This document shows, piece by piece, positions 1-9,615 of a DNA stretch of 64,000 nt (positions are counted from its first letter, which is position 1; each line of letters starts with the position of its first letter). The translations under genes were made by a program, and so were the position numbers. The notes beneath the pieces were generated by a model. It saw only the letters and a program-made list of their open reading frames with translations, was not told the origin of the DNA and did not search any database. Source of the DNA: Thermoleophilia bacterium (lineage in GTDB: Bacteria > Actinomycetota > Thermoleophilia > BMS3ABIN01); the NCBI GenBank assembly GCA_041658605.1, contig JBAZZU010000011.1, positions 3,300-67,299 of the forward strand. The letters run 5' to 3'.

Positions 1-145
1 ATTGAAACAGCGATAACCTCAATAAGGAGCAACCTGTCCTCCATGAATTGGTTTTCCCAATGTTACCCCAGCTGGCTGAAAAACAGAAATGGCACACGCT
101 GAAATATGGGGAATTCAAAGATTGGAAGGTTGTACGAAAAGCGGC

Positions 146-1267
146 CTAGCGAGTAATCGGGCCTCTGGGCATCAACGGGTAACGCCTGGCGCCCGCGTAA
201 TCATCATCGAATGAGAGCGTTGATATCTTAACCACTTCTCCGAAATTCGGCGCCTCAATGTACTTGCCCTTTCCAATATACATGGCAACATGGTGAGGTG
301 CACCTGGCCCCCAGAAGATCAAATCTCCCGGCTGGAGCAACTCCCTGGGTACGGGAACACCCAGGTTGAACTGCATGGCGGCATTATGGGGAAGTCTGAC
401 TCCATGCTGGGCATACACATACTTTGTCAGTCCTGAGCAGTCAAGGCCGGAGGGGCTTTCTCCTCCCCAGACGTAAGGAACACCAAGGTACAGGAAGGAT
501 GTTTGCACAACCTGAGCCTGGACTTCGTTAGAGATGCCCAGTTGTTGTAAAAGGGCCGCGGCATCAGCTGCGTTTCTTGCCTGCTCTGCCCGCTGCCTGG
601 CGATTTCCTGGTCGATGATCTGTCTTACCTGGCCGTCTACCTGCTCAAGCCGCGTCTTTCGCGCCTCAATATTGGATTCTATCTGAATCCTCTGACCACC
701 AAGCTCCTTCTCCAGACTCATCTGCCGTGATCTTTTCTGGTCGATTTCGTCAGTCAGATCACGTATGTTTTCCGCGCTGTTTTTAAACTGCTGCTGCAGC
801 TTCGCGTCCTGCTCGCTGATTTTGGCTATATAACGCGATTGTTCGAAGAAGTCACTCAGGCTATTACTGCTAAGGAGGACACTGACTATGTTGATGTCAC
901 CCGCTTTATAGACTGCAGTAAGACGGTCTGTCAGGATTTTCTTCTGCGCGCTGTGCTGTGCCGTCATATCGTCCAGGCGCTGGCGGCTGTCAGCAAGCTC
1001 AGTAGTCAATTGCTCAAGTTCAGCACGGGTCGCGTTGTGTTTTTCAACAATACCTTCGAGATCATGGTTGAGAAGGTCGAGTTCACCACGCAGTGCATTT
1101 GCCTGTGATTGAAGACTGTCAATCTGCGCGCCGGCATCACCTTCCTGCTCAGTGTAGGCGGTCTGGGCAAATACGGGAACTGCCAGGCACATTGCCAGCA
1201 ACAAGCCAATCAGGCAGGATGCGGCCAGCGCAATATGTCGTTTTCTATTTTCTGGTTTCGGTTTCAT
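146..1267 (-). CDS. Secreted coiled-coil NlpC/P60 peptidoglycan endopeptidase (PcsB/CwlO-like)
   Basis: Signal peptide, long heptad coiled coil, C-terminal YLGVPYVWGG..LDCSGL..HHVAMY catalytic Cys/His motifs. Confidence 0.9.
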   Translation of the reverse strand: MKPKPENRKRHIALAASCLIGLLLAMCLAVPVFAQTAYTEQEGDAGAQIDSLQSQANALRGELDLLNHDLEGIVEKHNATRAELEQLTTELADSRQRLDDMTAQHSAQKKILTDRLTAVYKAGDINIVSVLLSSNSLSDFFEQSRYIAKISEQDAKLQQQFKNSAENIRDLTDEIDQKRSRQMSLEKELGGQRIQIESNIEARKTRLEQVDGQVRQIIDQEIARQRAEQARNAADAAALLQQLGISNEVQAQVVQTSFLYLGVPYVWGGESPSGLDCSGLTKYVYAQHGVRLPHNAAMQFNLGVPVPRELLQPGDLIFWGPGAPHHVAMYIGKGKYIEAPNFGEVVKISTLSFDDDYAGARRYPLMPRGPITR

Positions 1268-1364
1268 GGGCTAAGTCCCTATCGGATTCTGTGCGAATCC
1301 CTAAAGAAATAAACTTTCATCAAATGAAAGCTTAAAGGGAAGGCTGGTATTATTCGTCAATTCC

Positions 1365-1391
1365 TTGCAGTAAAAATCTTTGTGTTATAAT
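1365..1391 (+). promoter_or_regulatory. Sigma70-type promoter of the tRNA (extended -10)
   Basis: TGnTATAAT at 1383-1391, 11 nt upstream of the tRNA; weak -35 TTGCAG at 1365. Confidence 0.55.
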
Positions 1392-1402
1392 AACGCCGGT
1401 GA

Positions 1403-1479
<77 letters not shown>

Positions 1480-1645
1480 CTTTAATACTCCGTGTCCGAA
1501 AGTCCTCCGAAGAACGCTTCCGCAGATCCAGCATGACTCTTCATACATATCGATATTGCTCCGAGACGTATCCCAAGTCAAATTAAGAAAGATTAATTCC
1601 TTCAGAATAGCGTATCCAGATTTCCAGTGACAGGCGCGTAGTGCA

Positions 1646-3700
1646 CTAATTAAGAACGGTCCCCAGTGCTTCGTTGAAATAGCCATTCCAAAGAACGCGT
1701 TGCGATGCCATTACCGGTGCCGGAGAGCGCGTACCACTGATCCAGGCCTCGACTTTTACCGGTCCACCCATGACTCCGCCAAAGCTGGGGGTCACTTTCG
1801 CTCCGGCGGCAATTGTTCCTGTCTGATATACAGTACCGGCGATTTCAATGGAGTAATCAACCGCGTAATTATTTGAGTTGGCCACCAGTATCCAGTTGAG
1901 ACTTCCGGGGCTCTTTTGATCGTACCATGACCAGTAATATGAGGAATTGAGGCGCTCAACCGGATATCCCGGGACTTCCTCGAAGGAGGGACCCCAAAGT
2001 ATACGCTGTGAAGCCAGGACCTGACGGCGGTCGTTGGCATTCTGCCAGCTACCGCTCTCTATATATGATCTAACTTCAACAGGACCGCCCCTCATTGAAC
2101 CGAAGCGAGGTGTTACCATTTGGCCGGGCGCGAGAACGAAATAGTTCCTGCCGGGATTATCAGGATCCTGCATCTGGCGTCCGCCAATCCATATTTCGGC
2201 CCTGATCGTATCTGTGGCAGTATACGGATTTGCCACGAGAACCCAGTTCATTCCATCAATGTTGTCGTACCAGGTCCAGAGATAGTTGCTGGAAAGTTCC
2301 GAAGCCGGGATTCCCGGTACTTCGTTAAACGCGGTACCATTGCCCATAAGAACACGTTGAGACGAGATTACGTTAGCAGCGGAACCGCCTTGCTGAGTCC
2401 ATGCCTGTACTTCGACCGGACCGCCCGAAATGCCATTGAAGCTTGGCGTGACTTTTTCGTTGGGATTGATCGTGCCGCTATCACGCAGAACTCCGGCAAT
2501 CTTTATCTCATAATAGATCGAATATGCGTTGGGGTTAGCCACCAGAACCCAGTTTAGCGTCCCCCGGGTTTTCTGGTCGTACCATGGCCAGTAATAATGG
2601 TTAGAAAGCCTTGCCTCGTCGGTGCCCAGTACTTCCTCAAGTGATTTACCGGCCCAGAGGATTCTCTGGCTTACGACTATTGGTTGCGTAGTGCTCACTG
2701 TGACGGGCCCGCCAACCACTCCTGGAAACATGGGGGTTTCCGCGGGCGCGCCTACAGCCAGATCTCGATCAGCATATGTCAGTTGTCCGATTTTGACTGA
2801 GGTTCGCGCCGACGCCTGTCGGCCCGCGGGATTTACCATGAGTACCCAGTCATATGTACCAGGAGAGTACTGGTCATACCACGTGAAGTAGTAGCGTTTG
2901 GTCGGAGTGAAATTATCTGCGGTTACAAGCGTGCTGGCCTCAGCAGTTAGTCCAGCAGAATCCCAGGCTACGGCTCTCAAAGTATGGGAGCCCTGCAGAC
3001 CCGTAGTGTCCCATATATAGGAATATGGTGCCGATGCGTCTGATGCTACCAGTGAGCCGTCTATATAGAGGTCGACTTTAGTAATTCCGATGTTGTCCCA
3101 GGCGTTTGCGGTAAAAGTTACCACGCCGCTTACTTTCGAGCTTCCTGTCGGTTGAGGTACGGAAACTGAGGGCGGAGTACTGTCTTCCGAAATGCCGCCA
3201 AAGTCGGTTGTCCAGTACCAGCCGTATGTGGAACCACCCACATAAACCCTTCCTATGCCAATAGCACGGAAGTTGGCGCCGAGCATATTGGCGTTATGGC
3301 CGGGCGAATTCAACCATGCATCATATACAGTTTGCGCTGTCCCGTAACCTGCCGCTATGTTTTCTCCCAGCCAGGTATTGTACGTATAGCCGGCGGCTCG
3401 AATCCGGTCCCAGGGCGTAACGCCTTCAGGGGTGTTGTGGGCAAAATAATTCCTCGCGCCCATGTCATAGCTATGACCCTCTGAAGCATTGTAAAGTGAA
3501 TTTGACAAGGTCAAAGGCGCCAGACCATTGGCTTGCCGGTGATTGTTGATTAATGTAAGGAATGCAAGTTCTTCGTCATCGTATGCATAAGCCGCAGGTG
3601 CTGAAATCAGTACTGTGGCGAGTATGGCTATAAACAGGACAGATATGAAAACCAACATCCTGTTTTTTGAATAACTGATGCTATTGAATGATTCACTCAT
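1646..3700 (-). CDS. Secreted CAP/SCP-domain protein with Ig-like domain and four C-terminal ~100-aa repeats
   Basis: Signal/TM segment; CAP motifs (HSYDMGARNYFAH, GENIAAG, WLNSPGHNANML); Ig-like segment (VDLYIDG..APYSYIWDT); repeated YxWxWYD..NWVLVANP..GGPV..SQRVLW units. Confidence 0.8.
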   Translation of the reverse strand: MSESFNSISYSKNRMLVFISVLFIAILATVLISAPAAYAYDDEELAFLTLINNHRQANGLAPLTLSNSLYNASEGHSYDMGARNYFAHNTPEGVTPWDRIRAAGYTYNTWLGENIAAGYGTAQTVYDAWLNSPGHNANMLGANFRAIGIGRVYVGGSTYGWYWTTDFGGISEDSTPPSVSVPQPTGSSKVSGVVTFTANAWDNIGITKVDLYIDGSLVASDASAPYSYIWDTTGLQGSHTLRAVAWDSAGLTAEASTLVTADNFTPTKRYYFTWYDQYSPGTYDWVLMVNPAGRQASARTSVKIGQLTYADRDLAVGAPAETPMFPGVVGGPVTVSTTQPIVVSQRILWAGKSLEEVLGTDEARLSNHYYWPWYDQKTRGTLNWVLVANPNAYSIYYEIKIAGVLRDSGTINPNEKVTPSFNGISGGPVEVQAWTQQGGSAANVISSQRVLMGNGTAFNEVPGIPASELSSNYLWTWYDNIDGMNWVLVANPYTATDTIRAEIWIGGRQMQDPDNPGRNYFVLAPGQMVTPRFGSMRGGPVEVRSYIESGSWQNANDRRQVLASQRILWGPSFEEVPGYPVERLNSSYYWSWYDQKSPGSLNWILVANSNNYAVDYSIEIAGTVYQTGTIAAGAKVTPSFGGVMGGPVKVEAWISGTRSPAPVMASQRVLWNGYFNEALGTVLN
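1649..2899 (-). repeat. Four tandem protein-level repeats (about 99-115 aa each)
   Basis: Units start near 2899, 2602, 2287 and 1942 and share Y[FW]xWYD, W[VI]L[MV]xN, TP.F.G..GGPV.V, SQR[IV]L and [EN]E[VA].G. Confidence 0.85.
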
Positions 3701-3949
3701 TGATACCAGGTACTCCCAGGGAAGATTTTTTCACAAGCCTTCTTTTTACAGGCAGCAACAATACCGCTTCTTAATAATTTCATCGGTACTGGGCCTGAAC
3801 GGCTTGAAGAATTGCCCTGAATAAGCTAATTATGAGGCTGCCGAATGGCCGGTCAAGCTTTGTTTTATACCGATTGCGCTGGGGAATGAGCTTAATTTGA
3901 TCCGGGGAGTCGGGATAGCCTGTCAGGCATCTTAGAGTCTGTCTGATAC

Positions 3950-4240
3950 GACTAATCAAACTTACATACAGGTTAGCATAATGAAGAAGTTAATTCGCAA
4001 AATCAAAAAATCGTTGGTCGGGAGCATTTGCAAAAAAAAGGGGGGGGGAGGCTTTATGGGCGGCACGAAACGAAAGTGAGACTGAAAAGATCTGGGATGC
4101 GAGAAGGTCCAAAGAGTCCGCGCTTGGAAACACGTTCCGCTTCCGGATAGTAGAGGATATAAGCGTTCCAAGGGGGAAAGTCCCGGAAATCCTGGAGCTC
4201 ATAAAGCCTATCGGAGAAAAGCATGAACTTAAGAACGCAG
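3950..4240 (+). pseudogene. Decayed fragment of a GlcD-like FAD-linked oxidase C-terminal domain
   Basis: Start-less frame reads GGEALWAARNESETEKIWDARRSKESALG..EDISVPRGKVPEILELIKPIGEKHEL; upstream pieces (HNEEVNSQNQKIV, ICKKKG) lie in other frames around an A8G9 run; the GHxGDGNxH motif is missing. Confidence 0.5.
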
Positions 4241-4258
4241 TCGACTGGTACTTATCGC

Positions 4259-6511
4259 CTAATCTTCTTCCATTCCCGGAGTCAGGCGGTATGCGTCGAA
4301 AACCGTGTCGATACCTTTGATGCTTTCCATGGCGGTATCCAGCAGCTTGGCATCGCCGATCTCCACAACGAATTTGTCCTTCACCATGTGGTCCGGGTTT
4401 GTGCTGCACTGGGCCGAGACAATGTTGATGCCTGATTCGCTCAGAGTGCGTGAAATATCTTCGAGCAGGTGGCTGCGATCCATCGCCTCTACCAGGAATT
4501 CAGCACGGAAGGCCTTCTCTGAGGTTCCCTTCCACGCAACCTGAATAAATCTCTCACTGGCGCGCTGGTCAAGTGCTTTTGCGTTTGGACAGTCCTTGCG
4601 ATGGATGCTTACCCCTTTGCCCAGGGATATATAGCCTACAATCTTGTCGCCCGGAAGTGGTTTGCAACATTTTGCCAGCCTTATGCCAACATCAGTAATT
4701 CCATCGACGCTGATTCCAAGTTTGCCCGGAGTAGCCGTTGCTGCCCGCTCGCGGGCTGGTATTGATGTTGACTTTGTGACTACTGATGGAATGTCGCCGG
4801 TGCCATCGAGCTGATGTGTAATCCTGGTCAATACCTGTTGTGGGGAGGTCTTGCCGGTCCCAAGACTTACATATAGGTCTTCAGCCTTGAGGAATCCCAT
4901 CGAACGGGTCATCTCGACGAAAGCGGTCGACGCTACGATTTTCTGGCTGGCCAGCCCTTTGCGCCTGAGTGCTTCCTGAAGAAGTTCGCGGCCTATATGT
5001 TCGGAATCCTGACGACGCTCCTTCTTGAACCATTGCCGTATCTTGTTTCTTGCCCGGGATGTCTTTACGAATGTGAGCCAGTCCCGGGACGGTCCCTGGC
5101 TTGATTTTGATGTCAGGACTTCGATGAAGTCACCGCTGTGAAGGGTATGCTGCAATGGGACGATGCGGCCGTCTACCTTGGCGCCAACACAGTGATGACC
5201 TACATCAGTATGGACTGCGTATGCAAAATCTACCGGGGTGGATCCAGCGGCCAGACTTATTACTTCTCCCTTGGGAGTGAAGACATAGACCTCTTCTTCG
5301 AACAGGTCGATACGAAGCGTCTTCATGAATTCCTTGGGATCCTCCGTCTCGCTTTGCCATTCCATCATCTGACGGAGCCATGCAAGTTTGTCGGCTGCCT
5401 GCTCCTTGGACTTATTTGACTTGGCCTGTTCCTTGTAAAGCCAGTGCGCGGCGATTCCATATTCCGCGGTCTGGTGCATTTTTTGAGTACGGATCTGGAT
5501 TTCCAGCGGTTTGCCCTGTGGTCCGATCACGGTCGTATGCAGCGACCGGTACATATTGAATTTGGGCATGGCTATGTAGTCCTTGAAGCGCCCGGGCATC
5601 GGCTTCCAGAGGGAGTGGATTATTCCCAGGGCGCCATAACAATCCTTGACTGTTTCCACCAGGACACGCATCGCGGTGAGATCATAGATCTCATTGAATT
5701 CCTTACCGCGCTTCACCATCTTTGTGTAAATGCTGTAGAAGTGTTTGGCGCGTCCTTCGATTTGCGCCTCGATGCCCACGTTCCCCAGCTCTACCTTGAG
5801 GTACTCAGCCACCTGGGCTACATAGGTTTCCCGATCGGCACGCCTTTGGGCCACCATCTGCTGTAGTTCTGAGTATTTACGCGGATGCAATGCTCCGAAC
5901 GCGAGGTCTTCAAGTTCCCACTTGATGCTGTAGATACCGAGGCGGTGGGCCAGTGGTGCATAGATCTCCAGGGTTTCTTTTGCCTTCTGTATCTGCTTCT
6001 GCTTGTCCATATAGCAGATTGTCCGCATGTTATGGGTGCGGTCCGCAAGCTTGATCAGGATCACCCTGATGTCCCTGGCCATGGCGATGATCATCTTGCG
6101 CAGGTTGTCTGCCTGTTCTTCTTCCTCGCTTTTTAGCGAAACCTTCTGCAGTTTGGTGAGGCCATCGACCAGCTCGGCCACCTCATCACCGAACATTTTG
6201 CGGATGGTGTCGACGGTTGCGGGGGTATCCTCGACGACATCATGGAGCAAGGCTGCGGCGATGGTGACACTGTCGAGCTTGAGGTCTGCGCATATTCGCG
6301 CCGTGCCCAGCGGATGGTAGATGAAATCCTCGCCGCTTTTGCGAAAACGCCCCTCGTGCTGGCTGCGTGAGTACTGGAACGCACGCGTGATCAGGTCCTG
6401 GTTAAAATCGGGATTATATTCGGAGATAGCTTTGAACAGGTCCTGAAGAGCCGCTTCTTCGGAGCCTAGATCACCTTCTCGTTTAGCGACTTGCTCAAGA
6501 ATTTTAAACAC
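4259..6511 (-). CDS. relA: Bifunctional (p)ppGpp synthetase/hydrolase Rel (HD-SYNTH-TGS-ACT)
   Basis: LLHDVVED hydrolase, RFKDY/YRSLHTTV synthetase, TGS (VYVFTPKG), AKCC zinc motif, ACT domain; exact start uncertain. Confidence 0.95.
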   Translation of the reverse strand: MFKILEQVAKREGDLGSEEAALQDLFKAISEYNPDFNQDLITRAFQYSRSQHEGRFRKSGEDFIYHPLGTARICADLKLDSVTIAAALLHDVVEDTPATVDTIRKMFGDEVAELVDGLTKLQKVSLKSEEEEQADNLRKMIIAMARDIRVILIKLADRTHNMRTICYMDKQKQIQKAKETLEIYAPLAHRLGIYSIKWELEDLAFGALHPRKYSELQQMVAQRRADRETYVAQVAEYLKVELGNVGIEAQIEGRAKHFYSIYTKMVKRGKEFNEIYDLTAMRVLVETVKDCYGALGIIHSLWKPMPGRFKDYIAMPKFNMYRSLHTTVIGPQGKPLEIQIRTQKMHQTAEYGIAAHWLYKEQAKSNKSKEQAADKLAWLRQMMEWQSETEDPKEFMKTLRIDLFEEEVYVFTPKGEVISLAAGSTPVDFAYAVHTDVGHHCVGAKVDGRIVPLQHTLHSGDFIEVLTSKSSQGPSRDWLTFVKTSRARNKIRQWFKKERRQDSEHIGRELLQEALRRKGLASQKIVASTAFVEMTRSMGFLKAEDLYVSLGTGKTSPQQVLTRITHQLDGTGDIPSVVTKSTSIPARERAATATPGKLGISVDGITDVGIRLAKCCKPLPGDKIVGYISLGKGVSIHRKDCPNAKALDQRASERFIQVAWKGTSEKAFRAEFLVEAMDRSHLLEDISRTLSESGINIVSAQCSTNPDHMVKDKFVVEIGDAKLLDTAMESIKGIDTVFDAYRLTPGMEED

Positions 6512-9153
6512 CCCTCATAAAAGGCCTGTACCTCGTTAAATGTGGATGACCGCTCAAGACTGGTCTTCCCTGATTCGAGTAAAGTCAACATCGGCTTTCC
6601 CGATTTATTCTCGATGGAAATCAAAGACAGCTCCTCGAGTACGCGCAAACATCTCGCGACCAGCATCGGTTGGCGGAGATACTTGCCGCCCGCCAGGAGA
6701 AGCCTTTCGGTGGTTTCATCAAGGGACCAAGTTTTTCCTGTATTCAGGTGCTTATATACCCTGGTCAGGGGAGCACGTAAATCGTACTCGTGTTCAAGCA
6801 CTTTACCAGTAAATTGTACCTCATCGGCACAGTAGAATAAATGAATCCATGCGTCCGGGGCATCTTCGATCATGGACACAAGCGATCCCATTCCGGGAGG
6901 AGGATCTATGAAGACCAGGTGATCATGTGTAGACAGAAGGCCTGGATTCGAGGATGCGGTAGCGAAGTCCATCATGGAAATGGTTTGACCCGACCCAGCC
7001 GTCAGAATCGATCTTTCATTTATTACTTTCGGGCTGCAACGGGAACTCATAAGCAACAAGTTATCGATAGAGTTGTTTGCCACCGGCAATTCCTGAGAAA
7101 GCAGGTGCCTTCTGCGGGCGACGTCTGATACCAGCAGAATGACGTTCTGGCCTCCTGATACTATTTTTGCCAACTGTCCCATTATGTCGCCCTGACCGCG
7201 CCGGTCAAACAGTCTGCCTCTCAGTTGTTTTCCCAGCGACTCAAGGCTGTCCTGGTCTATTCCATCGTCGTGATTCCAGCGCGCGGGAAGCACATTCGTT
7301 TCGTTGAGAAGGCTCCATAGGCCCGCACCAGCCAGGCGTTGCGGACACTCGTAATCACATAGGCAGTCACACATGCCCTTTGGTACATCACGGTGTCCGG
7401 ATTGTGGGAAAAATTCACGCAGGATCAGCTGCGGTGCGACGGAACCGTTGAATTCGTTACGCTCGAGCCTGAAGGCGACATCCCACTTGCCGGTGGCTTT
7501 CAGCTTTTCAAGAAGATAGGCCTGGCCGAAACCAATGGCGCTTGATCTGGCGCCACCCGCTTCGACCATGCACTGCAGGTGCCTGCCGTCCCTCGTTGCA
7601 CGGGCGGCGCTGATACCGGAGCCCGTCACCAGAAGCTCAACAGACGGATTGCCGAGCCCGAAGGGCTCCATGCGGGAAAGTTCGTCGGCCAGATCGAGTG
7701 TCATCTCCCGGCCGCAGACCAGAGCGTCGACGTTGCGGGTCCGGTGGAGCTCCGTATCCGACATGACAGAGTCGGCCTGTTCTGCAAAACCATCCTGGAA
7801 GTCCTTAATATTATCCAGGCTAATTGTGAGTCCGCATGCGGCGCTGTGGCCACCGTATTTTTCCAGCAGTGGTCGAAGATTTCTCAGCAACTGGTAGAGA
7901 TCGACGCCGGGTATGCTTCGCCCGGATCCCTTGCCGAACCCCTGACCTTCGTCTTCGGCAATTACTATGACCGGACGGTTGTGGAGGTCGACGAGCCGGG
8001 AGGCTACAATCCCGATCACGCCCTCATGCCAGCCTTTAGAGCTGACAACGTAGCCACGCTGCTCTTTCCTCGGATCGGGCCAGCCGTTGATCATCGCTTC
8101 AGCCTCAGCGACCATCCGGTTTTCAATCCGCTGGCGTTCGCGATTGAAAGCATCGAGATCTCCAGCAAGTCTTTCCGCATCCTGCTCATTATCTGAGAGA
8201 AGCAATTCCAGTGCCGGGACTGGATCTTCCAGGCGGCCGGCGGCATTGATCCTTGGAGCCAGCCGGAAGGCAACCATGCCGGCGTTGATGCGCGATGGTT
8301 CGACCTGCCCCACCCGCATCAAATGGATCAGACCCGGCCTGTGGGTCCGCGCAAGCTGGACGAGGCCGCGTTTGACGAGATTGCGGTTCTCATCAAGCAA
8401 TGGCACGCAGTCGGCTATTGTGCCGAGCGCTACCAGGTCCAGCAATTTCTGCAGGGACGGGTGCAGGCTCTCTTCCCGGCCAGTCGGACCAGGCCCGGCC
8501 AGGAGTCCCTGCGCCACCTTGAAAGCCAGACCGACTCCGGCAAGCTCCTTGAAAGGATAATCGCATAGCAGGGGAGATATGATCGGTGCGGCGGGAATAT
8601 TCTCTTCTGCGGGCAGATGATGGTCGATGACAATTGATTCCATGCCCAGCTCAGTGGCACGCGCGAGCTGTTCCCTGGCGCTGATGCCGCAGTCAACCGT
8701 GATAAGAAGTTCGCAGCCGTCTGCCGCGATCTTTTCCACAGTAGATTTCGCTATACCGTAACCTTCGCGGAAACGATTTGGAAGATGGAAGCTGACTGCG
8801 GCTCCCAGCTCCTCCAGTACGGTAACAAGCAATGCGGTCGAGGTAATGCCATCTACATCATAGTCTCCATGCACACATATTTTTTTGCCTGAAGCGGCGG
8901 CCGTCCTGATGAGTGTGCATACCCTGTCCATTTCAGGAAAGAGAAAAGGATCATATAGCTCGCCCATGGGAGAGAGAAAGCGGCTGGCGGTTTCAGGTTC
9001 AAAATAGCCGCGACGGACCAGCACGGTAGCCAGTATCTCGCTGACGCCAAGGCTTTGGGTAAGCTCTCTGACGGAGTCATAAGGTAGTGGGGCGGTATGC
9101 CATGTGGCAGAGTACATCAGCAGCATCCTAACAACCACGCCAGATGGAAACAA
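6466..9153 (-). CDS. recJ: ssDNA exonuclease RecJ with long C-terminal extension
   Basis: GDYDVDG, TVDCG, DHH, LGTIAD, PRINAAGR, GGHSAACG motifs; true start probably a few codons downstream of 9153. Confidence 0.92.
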   Translation of the reverse strand: MFPSGVVVRMLLMYSATWHTAPLPYDSVRELTQSLGVSEILATVLVRRGYFEPETASRFLSPMGELYDPFLFPEMDRVCTLIRTAAASGKKICVHGDYDVDGITSTALLVTVLEELGAAVSFHLPNRFREGYGIAKSTVEKIAADGCELLITVDCGISAREQLARATELGMESIVIDHHLPAEENIPAAPIISPLLCDYPFKELAGVGLAFKVAQGLLAGPGPTGREESLHPSLQKLLDLVALGTIADCVPLLDENRNLVKRGLVQLARTHRPGLIHLMRVGQVEPSRINAGMVAFRLAPRINAAGRLEDPVPALELLLSDNEQDAERLAGDLDAFNRERQRIENRMVAEAEAMINGWPDPRKEQRGYVVSSKGWHEGVIGIVASRLVDLHNRPVIVIAEDEGQGFGKGSGRSIPGVDLYQLLRNLRPLLEKYGGHSAACGLTISLDNIKDFQDGFAEQADSVMSDTELHRTRNVDALVCGREMTLDLADELSRMEPFGLGNPSVELLVTGSGISAARATRDGRHLQCMVEAGGARSSAIGFGQAYLLEKLKATGKWDVAFRLERNEFNGSVAPQLILREFFPQSGHRDVPKGMCDCLCDYECPQRLAGAGLWSLLNETNVLPARWNHDDGIDQDSLESLGKQLRGRLFDRRGQGDIMGQLAKIVSGGQNVILLVSDVARRRHLLSQELPVANNSIDNLLLMSSRCSPKVINERSILTAGSGQTISMMDFATASSNPGLLSTHDHLVFIDPPPGMGSLVSMIEDAPDAWIHLFYCADEVQFTGKVLEHEYDLRAPLTRVYKHLNTGKTWSLDETTERLLLAGGKYLRQPMLVARCLRVLEELSLISIENKSGKPMLTLLESGKTSLERSSTFNEVQAFYEGCLKFLSKSLNEKVI

Positions 9154-9288
9154 ACATGCCCGGCAGTTGCGCGTGCCGATGTTGTTAGCGCCGCCAGAAA
9201 ACGGGAAACATAATTATGGATGCTTCATTGGTTTCTGGCATAATGTTCCGGGACGCGATAAGAGCGTCCTTTTATAAGGAGGTGAACT

Positions 9289-9513
9289 ATGCTGCGAGAT
9301 AGAGTTGAACAGGCTTTGGAGAAGATCAGGCCCGCCCTGCAGGCAGACGGCGGCGACCTTGAACTTGTGGATGTAACCGACGAAGGCAAAGTGACCGTAC
9401 GACTTACGGGAGCTTGTGGTAGTTGCCCGATGTCCCAGATGACACTCAAGATGGGTGTTGAGCAGAGACTTCGTCAGGAGGTTCCAGAAGTGGAGACGGT
9501 TGAGGCTATTTAG
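9289..9513 (+). CDS. NifU/Nfu C-terminal domain Fe-S scaffold protein
   Basis: IRPALQADGGD..GACGSCPMS motif; AAGGAGGTGA RBS. Confidence 0.92.
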   Translation: MLRDRVEQALEKIRPALQADGGDLELVDVTDEGKVTVRLTGACGSCPMSQMTLKMGVEQRLRQEVPEVETVEAI

Positions 9514-9565
9514 AAACGCTATTACAGCGCTTCTTGTGGCAACTGTTTCACAATTCCTGATTAAT

Positions 9566-9598
9566 AAAAAAAGCGGCTGAGAAATCGGCCGCTTTTTT
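9566..9598. terminator. Bidirectional intrinsic terminator between the nfu gene and the small peptide gene
   Basis: A7-GCGGCTGA-GAAA-TCGGCCGC-T6. Confidence 0.85.
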
Positions 9599-9615
9599 GT
9601 TCAGCATATAATTTA

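Noticed and set aside
1268-1400. c-di-AMP (ydaO) riboswitch expected upstream of an actinobacterial NlpC/P60 gene
   Set aside because: None of the conserved ydaO segments found on the minus strand
1480-1586. RSSMTLHTY resembling an integrase C-terminus beside the tRNA 3' end, suggesting an integrated element
   Set aside because: Catalytic LGH absent, orientation leaves no room for a gene, and no repeat of the tRNA 3' end or mobility gene was seen in the window
3990-4409. 139-aa minus-strand ORF overlapping the relA end
   Set aside because: No motif, overlaps relA out of frame; the plus-strand glcD-like remnant explains the region better
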